Below, one piece after another: positions 7,425 to 12,353 of a stretch of 12,353 bases of DNA (positions within the stretch are counted from its first letter, which is position 1; every line of letters starts with the position of its first letter). Position numbers and translations under genes: made by a program. The notes below the pieces were generated by a model. It saw only the letters and a list, made by a program, of their open reading frames with translations, was not told the origin of the DNA and searched no databases. Location: positions 1-12,353 of the forward strand of contig JAAWAY010000094.1 of NCBI GenBank assembly GCA_022792415.1. The letters are read 5' to 3'. The DNA is from Eggerthellaceae bacterium. GTDB lineage: Bacteria > Actinomycetota > Coriobacteriia > Coriobacteriales > Eggerthellaceae.

Positions 7425-8561
7425 CTATCCCCTCCTTGTGCCACACTCGGGGCAGAATTTCTCCGTTGAGCCGAAGGGCCTGCCGCACTCCGGGCAGAAT
7501 TTTGCGTTTTGCTGACCTGTATCTGCTGGTTGCCCGTTGCCGTCGACAACGGAGACGGAAGGTGGGTCGACCAAGGGGTCGGCTGTCCCGATTGAGCTCG
7601 CCATCGCACCGCTTACCAGGTTCCCCACTGGGCCGCCGACGCCACTCACCATTCCGAGCCCGATTCCCATGTTTGCGAACTCGCCAACGCCCTCATTGGC
7701 AGCCACCTTTTCGGCAACATCGAAACCGCGCTCCTGCTGATAGGTGTAGCCCTCGATGCGACGCTTGTCGGCGGTGGCGCCAGCCTCGATCACCGTGCGC
7801 TTGGCCTCTGTCTCCTGATTTATGATGCCGACTTGCTGCTCGATCTGCGCCTCGCGTACATCGGCGTACTGGCGGAAATACAGCTCGCGGAACTTCTCGT
7901 AGATAGGATCTCCCTCGGGTCTCATGACCGTCGTCACGAGAAACTGCGTGAGCTCAAGGCCGTATTCCTCGAAGTCGGATGCTAGCCGACCTTTAACGTC
8001 GTCGGAAAACTCCTCCAAGTGCGCGTCAAGCTCGAAAATATTAAGCGCTTTATTCTGTACAGCCTGTACAAGAGCGGTTTTTACACGTGTCTGCAAGAAA
8101 GCCTTGAAATAGCTAATGAGATTGTCTTGTGACAGCACCGCCTCTGTTCCGACAATCTTTACAAGTAGTTTTTTAGCTTCGCGTACGGCGAGCGCCATTT
8201 CGCCCGAGGCGCCAATCGACAGGGGAAACCCGAACTCGGGCTCCATGTACTGTACTTTCGAGTTGGTCCCCCAGGGGATGCCCATCTGCTCGGTAAGGTT
8301 TACAAAGTAAACCTCGGCATGAAAGGGGGATATGCCGTTTGACGGCAGGCTTACAACCTTGTTGATGAGTGGGAGGTTCTGGGTCTCCAGCGTATGGCGC
8401 CCAGGGCCAAATAGATCGAGTGCTTGACCGTTGAGGAAAAACATTGCCTCCTGCGACTCGTGGACAATGAGTTGCGAGGCGGTATTGAAATCCTCCGCGG
8501 GATGTTTCCAGATGAAGGTGCGGTTGTCGCCCTCATACTTAATGACGTCGATAATTCCCAT
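7425..8561 (-). CDS. SPFH/Band-7 (flotillin-like) protein of the YdjI / Band_7_1 type with a C-terminal double CxxC zinc ribbon (378 aa).
   Basis: Recalled similarity to B. subtilis YdjI: ...AEVYFVNLTEQMGIPWGTNSKV versus AEVLFVNTKEFTVRWGTKQ; a Gly/Met-rich low-complexity segment; C-terminal FCPECG...FCPECG versus YdjI NFCPNCG...NFCPNCG. Start taken at ATG 8561..8559 (MGIIDVIKYEG...) with SD GGAGGGG 9 nt upstream. The ORF-track extension to 8762 has no SD, is Cys-rich junk, and covers the predicted promoter. Confidence 0.85.
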   Translation of the reverse strand: MGIIDVIKYEGDNRTFIWKHPAEDFNTASQLIVHESQEAMFFLNGQALDLFGPGRHTLETQNLPLINKVVSLPSNGISPFHAEVYFVNLTEQMGIPWGTNSKVQYMEPEFGFPLSIGASGEMALAVREAKKLLVKIVGTEAVLSQDNLISYFKAFLQTRVKTALVQAVQNKALNIFELDAHLEEFSDDVKGRLASDFEEYGLELTQFLVTTVMRPEGDPIYEKFRELYFRQYADVREAQIEQQVGIINQETEAKRTVIEAGATADKRRIEGYTYQQERGFDVAEKVAANEGVGEFANMGIGLGMVSGVGGPVGNLVSGAMASSIGTADPLVDPPSVSVVDGNGQPADTGQQNAKFCPECGRPFGSTEKFCPECGTRRG

Positions 8562-8658
8562 TCCAGCATGCCCCTCCATACAAGACAGACAGTCCAGAGC
8601 CAAGAAGCGACCTCCTGTCCTCGAGAAGGGAAAGAGGCTGCAATCCGTTCCACTGGCT

Positions 8659-8687
8659 TTGAATGATATGTGGGGTGAGAGGTAACT
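8659..8687 (+). promoter_or_regulatory. Candidate plus-strand promoter for the FHA-A gene. TTGAAT-17-GTAACT immediately abuts the palindromic operator.
   Basis: Hexamers seen directly. The -10 is weak. Position relative to the palindrome (8687-8700) is consistent with repressor control. Confidence 0.3.
8663..8668 (-). promoter_or_regulatory. Candidate -10 (TATCAT) of the minus-strand island operon promoter. The palindrome lies in its -35 region.
   Basis: Minus strand reads TTGTTGCGCAACAAGTTACCTCTCACCCCACATATCATTC. TATCAT matches TATAAT at 5 of 6. This gives a roughly 95-nt leader to ATG 8561. Confidence 0.3.
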
Positions 8688-8700
8688 TGTTGCGCAACAA
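8687..8700. promoter_or_regulatory. Perfect 14-bp palindrome TTGTTGCGCAACAA in the divergent intergenic region (operator-like). The core TGTTGCGCAACA recurs at 9881-9892.
   Basis: Exact dyad symmetry seen directly. An identical 12-bp core recurs 1.2 kb away. It sits between the divergent candidate promoters. Confidence 0.55.
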
Positions 8701-8869
8701 AGTCGAGCGATCAGGGGTGTTTGAGCGGAGGGTCGGCTTCGCCTCGCGCAAACGGCAACCAATCTCGTCTATGCTATGCTCATCAGCGAAAACAACGGGG
8801 CAGCAGCTTGCTCTCGCATCGACACACCCGGCGCGGGCGCCGCGCTCAGGGCAAGAAGGAGGCCGCCGG

Positions 8870-9838
8870 ATGGCAGCGACCGATACCACCCCGGGCATGG
8901 TGCTCTTCTCAACCCTCAAGCGCGACGCGTCCCTCAGCTACAAGGACACGGCCTCGCTCGTGCTGTCGGGCCGGCCCCTGCCGGACGGTCGCAGCCCGCT
9001 CAGCCGCATCGATGACCGCACGTGGCTGTCGCGCTACGTGGTGAACGCGCCGGCCGGCACCGCCCAGCCCCACTTCTTCAACGATTTCTCGCTGTCGGCC
9101 CTGCGCATCACGGCGCGCCTGAAGTCGAAGCGCGGCCGTGGGATGTCGGGTGAGGACGTGCTGGCGCTCGTGACGGGCGACGCGGGCCGCGCCATGGAGG
9201 ACGCGCTGGCCGCGTGCCACCAGGACGTCGGACCCTACCGTAACCAGATGGCGCGCGTGATGGGCGACGCGGGGCTCACGGCCGACGAGCGGGCCGAGGC
9301 TGCCATGGTGCTGTTCGTGGCGGCCGGCTGCACGGCCGACGTGCGCCGCGCGGTGGAGGCGACGTCCGACTTCATGCGCAGCGCGCACGGCGGCGGCCTG
9401 TCGACGCCGGCGTTCGCGCTCATGCCGCGCGAGGGGACGCCCCGGCGCGGCGAGGCGCCCGCTCCGTCACTGGGCCTGCTGCGCGTGGTGGACGGCTATG
9501 TGTGCGGGGCGCCCCACTGGGTGGCGCCCGATGGCGAGGGCGCGGAGATTGGCGCGCTCTCCTTCGCCGACGGGGCGGTGACCGACGTGGGCGAGGACGT
9601 GTCGGGGCGCCACGCGCGCCTGTGGAACGAGGACGGTGCGTGGCTGGTGGAGGGCCTGGGGTCCACCAACGGCACGGTGCTCGTGTCCGCCGCGGACGGG
9701 TCACGGGTGGTGGTAGAGCCGCCGGCGCGCGAGCGGGCCGGCTTCGAGCCGGCGCCCGTGGAGGTGCGCCCGGGCGACCAGCTGCTGCTGGGCGGCACCA
9801 CCGCGTTCCTGGTGCTGGAAGGATCACCTGACGCATAG
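8870..9838 (+). CDS. FHA-domain protein, paralog A (322 aa). An N-terminal ~220-aa domain of unknown function plus a C-terminal forkhead-associated (phosphothreonine-binding) domain. High GC.
   Basis: ATG 8870 with SD AAGAAGGAGG 7 nt upstream; the ORF-track M at 8663 is an upstream in-frame extension. FHA signature VSGRHARLWNEDGAWLVEGLGSTNGTVLV (S-x-x-H, NG-T, then hydrophobic beta strands, ...PGDQLLLGGTTAFLV). About 45% identical, and the same length, as the 10618-11586 product. Confidence 0.85.
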   Translation: MAATDTTPGMVLFSTLKRDASLSYKDTASLVLSGRPLPDGRSPLSRIDDRTWLSRYVVNAPAGTAQPHFFNDFSLSALRITARLKSKRGRGMSGEDVLALVTGDAGRAMEDALAACHQDVGPYRNQMARVMGDAGLTADERAEAAMVLFVAAGCTADVRRAVEATSDFMRSAHGGGLSTPAFALMPREGTPRRGEAPAPSLGLLRVVDGYVCGAPHWVAPDGEGAEIGALSFADGAVTDVGEDVSGRHARLWNEDGAWLVEGLGSTNGTVLVSAADGSRVVVEPPARERAGFEPAPVEVRPGDQLLLGGTTAFLVLEGSPDA

Positions 9839-9880
9839 CCCGTCTTGCGGGGCCTTCTCCATACGTTCATCACCAAATAC

Positions 9881-9892
9881 TGTTGCGCAACA
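9881..9892. promoter_or_regulatory. Second copy of the palindrome TGTTGCGCAACA, 43 nt after the FHA-A stop and 64 nt before the 9956 ATG.
   Basis: Exact 12-bp perfect palindrome identical to the core at 8688-8699. Flanking sequence is not conserved, so it is a discrete site rather than a long duplication. Confidence 0.55.
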
Positions 9893-9910
9893 CCGCCTGC
9901 GCAGGCGGTG
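9891..9910. other. Perfect 20-bp palindrome CACCGCCTGCGCAGGCGGTG (hairpin-capable), overlapping the operator core by 2 nt and followed by AAAAA.
   Basis: Seen directly. Could be a U-tract-less terminator for FHA-A, a second operator, or an RNA structural element. Confidence 0.4.
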
Positions 9911-9955
9911 AAAAACTGGGCTTCCTATCCATGACCGGAAGGAAGCGTCCCAACC

Positions 9956-10621
9956 ATGGTCCAGTGCAACGGCAACCTCATCGTCTTCGCCTGCGAAGAT
10001 GCTCTGATGCACGCCATTCTTCTGGAAATGGGCTCCAACCTTGCGAAAGCCGAGCGTCGACGGTCAAGACACTATGTCAGTCCCGTTTCGGCTATCAGGA
10101 TCGAGGGAACGGAGTCGACGCAGGAGCTGCTGGGCAAGATAGTGCCGCTTTACCTGAAGGACCCTGTCGCTGCCCTTAATCCAAACTCACGCACGAGTGC
10201 CGCCGATGGAGAGCCGGCTCCTCCTGATCTGAAGGTCATAGACGGGTACACGGTGCTATCCCTTGCTTTCGCCACTGACGGAGGCGTGGTTGATTCCGAT
10301 GTGACACAGTTCGTTCGAGCCCTGCCCTCCGAGCAGTGCGGCATTGCAGCTTGCCACTGGTTTGATGGACTTGAGAGACGTCTGCTTATTCAGGGCAACC
10401 TGCGTGACGCCGGCCCGTTTCGCTGCGGCGGTCCAGCAGGTGGAATCGATTCGCTTGAGTTGTTCTTCGGACAGGATATGTTCGCGACCCCCGAGCAGTG
10501 GGAGCGTTTCCTGCACAGTAATAGTTCCGCAGGGGGAGATGTCACCTCGCCGCACGATGACGGGCCGCAGGGCGTGGCTAATCGAAGACTGGCAGCTATG
10601 ATCGGGGATGCTGGACTGTGA
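9956..10621 (+). CDS. Hypothetical cytoplasmic protein (221 aa), translationally coupled to FHA paralog B. Medium GC.
   Basis: ATG 9956 with a GGAAGGAAG purine-rich stretch upstream. The TGA stop (10619-10621) overlaps the GTG start of the next gene (GTGA). No recognisable motif. The C-terminal ...RRLAAMIGDAGL resembles a segment (RNQMARVMGDAGL) of FHA-A. Confidence 0.65.
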   Translation: MVQCNGNLIVFACEDALMHAILLEMGSNLAKAERRRSRHYVSPVSAIRIEGTESTQELLGKIVPLYLKDPVAALNPNSRTSAADGEPAPPDLKVIDGYTVLSLAFATDGGVVDSDVTQFVRALPSEQCGIAACHWFDGLERRLLIQGNLRDAGPFRCGGPAGGIDSLELFFGQDMFATPEQWERFLHSNSSAGGDVTSPHDDGPQGVANRRLAAMIGDAGL

Positions 10622-11586
10622 CACTGCCCGAGGTCTCGCCTCGCGTGGTGCTGTTTGACACGATAAAGCGACTCGGAGGCGTCAGCTATAAGGAAACGGC
10701 GCGAATGCTTCTGTCTTCGCGACCGCTGATGGGAGGGCGCAGTCCCGCAGAGCGCCTTGAGAGCAGTCGCACGTGGCTGACGCGCGAGGTGGTGCATGCC
10801 GAAAACTTTGCAGGGCAGCCCGGTTTGTTCTGCGATTTTGAGGTGGGGGCGATGCGAGTGCTGGCGCGGCTCAAATCGACCAGGGCCGGGGGCCATGGTG
10901 GCGCTGCTTTAGTTCGCGAGCTCTGCGAGGGGCAGGCTGCGGCTGACATGCTGCAGGCCCTAGAGGCAACGGGACGAGGGGGACGCCTGTACCGAAACAT
11001 GCTCACGCGTCTCGTCCGCGCGAACGGCTTGGAGAACGACGAGCGTGCCGAGGTTGCCATGGTGCTGTTTGTGGCGGCGGGCTGCACAGGTGATGCGCGG
11101 ACGGCAGTTGCTGACGCCTTGAGGTTCTCGCACTCCGTTCATGGTGGCCGTATGGAAATGGGAGACGCTGAAGTCGCGGAAGACTCGAACGGGGTTTGTC
11201 TGGTTTCTCACGATGACAGCCCGCCCCTTCTTGGTCTTCTTCGCATGGTCGGTGACTACATTGCAGGCGGTCCCTACTGGGTGTCCCCGGAGCGCGACGG
11301 CGCCACGATCGGCATGCTCGCGCTCGGGTCGGAGGATATCGTCGACGTTGAGCCTGATGTGGCGAATCATCATGCCCGTGTGTGGTTTGACGGGTCATCG
11401 TGGTTCGTCGAGGACCTCAGGTCGGGTTCGGATGTGGCAGTGTTTCGTGATGACAATACATGCCATGAAGTAGCTTTTGGTGGAATCGCTCACTTAAGCC
11501 GTGGGGATGAGATCGTGCTCGGCCGAGGTACGCGATTCCACGTTGTATTCGGTCTTCCTGGTGTTGATCGGCCAGCTCCGCTTTAA
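10618..11586 (+). CDS. FHA-domain protein, paralog B (322 aa). Same architecture as 8870-9838 but in about 56% GC DNA.
   Basis: GTG start overlapping the upstream stop. Collinear gap-free N-terminal alignment with paralog A (VVLFDTIKR...SYKETARMLLSSRPLMGGRSP versus MVLFSTLKR...SYKDTASLVLSGRPLPDGRSP). Shared DERAEVAMVLFVAAGCTGD block. C-terminal FHA-like segment (NHHARVWFDGSSWFVEDLRSGSDVAVF). Confidence 0.85.
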   Translation: MTLPEVSPRVVLFDTIKRLGGVSYKETARMLLSSRPLMGGRSPAERLESSRTWLTREVVHAENFAGQPGLFCDFEVGAMRVLARLKSTRAGGHGGAALVRELCEGQAAADMLQALEATGRGGRLYRNMLTRLVRANGLENDERAEVAMVLFVAAGCTGDARTAVADALRFSHSVHGGRMEMGDAEVAEDSNGVCLVSHDDSPPLLGLLRMVGDYIAGGPYWVSPERDGATIGMLALGSEDIVDVEPDVANHHARVWFDGSSWFVEDLRSGSDVAVFRDDNTCHEVAFGGIAHLSRGDEIVLGRGTRFHVVFGLPGVDRPAPL

Positions 11587-11708
11587 GGGGGAGGCCCACT
11601 TTTTCAGTGATATGTGCTTCAGAAGCCGTCTCAACGGGGGCAGATGGCGGGAATCAGAGTACTTGCGCGTACGTGGGGCCCGGCTTTTGCAATGCCCTCG
11701 CGTGTCTC

Positions 11709-11737
11709 TTTACGCTGGTATTTCCTCTTGCTACAAT
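11709..11737 (+). promoter_or_regulatory. Candidate sigma70-type promoter TTTACG-17-TACAAT on the plus strand. It could drive a short antisense RNA across the 3' end of the small minus-strand ORF.
   Basis: Hexamers and 17-nt spacer seen directly. It lies downstream of the FHA-B stop and about 55 nt upstream of the 11793-11826 hairpin. Speculative. Confidence 0.25.
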
Positions 11738-11792
11738 GTGGTCAGCGGATGCCCGTGTTTGGTGATGCGGGCAACGCCGTTTTGTTTCTTTG

Positions 11793-11826
11793 GTGACCGC
11801 AGGCCTCAGCTAGCGCCTGCGGTCAC
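11793..11826. other. 12-bp-stem hairpin (GTGACCGCAGGC-N10-GCCTGCGGTCAC) overlapping the stop codon of the small minus-strand ORF. U-rich on its plus-strand 5' side; UUU follows the stem on the plus strand.
   Basis: Perfect 12-bp inverted repeat seen directly. Not a canonical terminator in either orientation. Possibly a shared 3' stabiliser or terminator of convergent transcripts. Confidence 0.45.
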
Positions 11827-11935
11827 GCTGCGTTTCGGGGCGCTCACCCCGTGCTATGGACACGGCCTTGACCACCGCCGTCGCCAATCCCACCACCGCA
11901 GTGGCAAGCGCAACAACTTGAACAGCCAATTCCAT
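11810..11935 (-). CDS. Unannotated 41-aa small hydrophobic peptide MELAVQVVALATAVVGLATAVVKAVSIARGERPETQRDRRR. One TM helix plus a charged tail. Type I toxin-like or small membrane protein.
   Basis: ATG 11935..11933 preceded by a perfect SD AGGAGG (plus 11946-11951) at 10-nt spacing. Clean ORF to TAG (11812..11810). Missed by the ORF track, whose cutoff is 60 aa. Candidate promoter upstream (see 12017-12045). Confidence 0.45.
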   Translation of the reverse strand: MELAVQVVALATAVVGLATAVVKAVSIARGERPETQRDRRR

Positions 11936-12016
11936 GGGCAAATCACCTCCTTTCGTAAAAGAAGGCGCTGCCAGCACACGGGGCTTACTCCGCTGACCGC
12001 TTCCGATTTTATCATG

Positions 12017-12045
12017 ATTATAGGAACATACGTTCTATATTTAAA
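12017..12045 (-). promoter_or_regulatory. Minus-strand promoter TTTAAA-17-TATAAT for the small ORF. A GAAC-N4-GTTC (Cheo/LexA-type) box at 12024-12035 sits in the spacer next to the -10.
   Basis: Minus strand reads TTTAAATATAGAACGTATGTTCCTATAATCATG. Perfect -10. GAACGTATGTTC matches the Gram-positive SOS-box consensus GAAC-RNRY-GTTC in both orientations. AT-rich island in otherwise GC-rich DNA. Confidence 0.35.
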
Positions 12046-12282
12046 TATACTCTATTTGATTATAAGCGGGCCGCTCAATGACTACATTTGTTGCCGGAAC
12101 GCATGAAGCATGAAAGCTGAGGATAATCGAACTTCTATCAGCTGAAAAAAACGAAGCAGAGCTTGCTCATCTCTTGGCGGAGAGGGACGGATTGAGGAAT
12201 TCGTTTGCTGGCGGGCGAGAATCGGACTGTCGAAGAGTGGTCCGAGCATAAGATCGACGAGATGTTCAACAGGAAATTAGGG

Positions 12283-12353
12283 ATGTGGAGTGGCGGCTTT
12301 GAGCGGATCTTGGGAAAGGTTGATGTGGCCTTCTCCCTCCCTTGCCCCCCACA
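12283..12353 (+). CDS. Possible 5' end of a gene running off the right edge (MWSGGFERILGKVDVAFSLPCPP...).
   Basis: ATG 12283 with AGGAAA 6 nt upstream. The open frame continues to the window end. Only 23 codons are visible, and an alternative in-frame ATG exists at 12262. Confidence 0.25.
   Translation, partial: MWSGGFERILGKVDVAFSLPCPP

Noticed and set aside
8562-8762. N-terminal extension of the SPFH gene to 8762.
   Set aside because: No SD. The Cys-rich sequence is not protein-like. It would cover the predicted promoter and operator. ATG 8561 has a GGAGGGG SD and aligns with the YdjI N-terminus.
8663-8869. N-terminal extension of FHA-A to 8663 (or ATG at 8766).
   Set aside because: A strong AAGAAGGAGG SD precedes ATG 8870. 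Starting there gives exactly the same length as paralog B and a collinear N-terminal alignment.
4638-8870. Search for att-like direct repeats or IS terminal inverted repeats at the island borders.
   Set aside because: Only weak partial matches (gcgaaacaagg... versus gcgaaaacaacgg...). Nothing convincing, and no recombinase gene in the window.
4732-8919. Short opposite-strand or alternative-frame ORFs within the island (4732-5049, 4857-5039, 5671-5928, 6020-6282, 6412-6636, 6424-6624, 7027-7488, 7060-7275, 7094-7381, 7248-7469, 7436-7825, 7537-7740, 7924-8112, 8116-8310, 8351-8653, 8424-8685, 8539-8919).
   Set aside because: All are embedded in, and antisense to or out of frame with, the five well-supported coupled genes. 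None has an SD or recognisable motif.
8909-9876. Minus-strand ORFs 8909-9388, 9420-9836 and 9496-9876, and plus-strand 9502-9831, inside FHA-A.
   Set aside because: GC-frame artifacts (Arg/Pro/Ala-rich) opposite or within a gene with a clear FHA signature.
10150-11599. Minus-strand or alternate-frame ORFs across the 9956 and FHA-B genes (10150-10344, 10256-10624, 10344-10601, 10390-10896, 10686-11087, 10960-11373, 11003-11398, 11141-11473, 11417-11599).
   Set aside because: They overlap the paralog-supported coding frame and lack start signals.
11588-11610. GGGGGAGGCCCAC followed by TTTTT right after the FHA-B stop, as a possible terminator.
   Set aside because: The stem is at most 3-4 bp (GGG/CCC). 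The T-run alone is insufficient.
11501-12106. 201-aa plus-strand ORF spanning the FHA-B end and the downstream region.
   Set aside because: It starts inside FHA-B in another frame and has no SD. Its Cys/Arg-rich translation is non-protein-like. It also crosses the hairpin, the small-ORF locus and the AT-rich promoter region.
1-12353. CRISPR arrays, tRNA or rRNA genes, transposases.
   Set aside because: No regularly spaced direct repeats, no cloverleaf-compatible segments, and no transposase-like ORFs were seen.

Overview
The window is a mosaic accessory region in a high-GC (about 70%) actinobacterial-type chromosome.

The left 4.4 kb is host-like. It carries the 3' part of priA, then a translationally coupled pair: a secreted or membrane-anchored Gly/Ser-rich protein and a PknB-like Hanks Ser/Thr kinase. 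The kinase has a C-terminal polytopic membrane domain and an unusual HRDVTPAN catalytic loop.

A strong GC hairpin terminator and a disrupted remnant of a cell-wall-binding-repeat gene follow. After them comes an abrupt drop to about 43% GC. This low-GC block (about 4640-8760) is a tightly coupled five-gene minus-strand operon with Firmicutes-style Shine-Dalgarno sites:
- a YdjI-like SPFH/Band-7 protein with a C-terminal double CxxC zinc ribbon;
- a 4-TM plus coiled-coil membrane protein;
- a 186-aa protein with a HEPN-like R-N-x3-H motif;
- an N-terminal zinc-ribbon plus TPR-like protein;
- a small beta-rich protein.
No PspA, integrase or transposase is present. I read this as a horizontally acquired, possibly undescribed membrane-associated stress or defence module.

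The divergent promoter region of the island contains a perfect palindrome, TTGTTGCGCAACAA. Its 12-bp core TGTTGCGCAACA recurs exactly about 1.2 kb downstream. Each copy sits at a GC-composition junction, upstream of one of two paralogous 322-aa proteins with a C-terminal FHA domain. The two paralogs have clearly different GC content. The second one is preceded by a translationally coupled hypothetical gene.

The right end carries an unannotated 41-aa hydrophobic peptide ORF with a strong SD. Its sigma70-like promoter embeds a GAAC-N4-GTTC (Cheo/LexA-like) box, and there is a candidate convergent antisense promoter. This looks like an SOS-linked type I toxin-like module.

Most other ORF-track entries in the high-GC parts are opposite-strand GC-frame artifacts.
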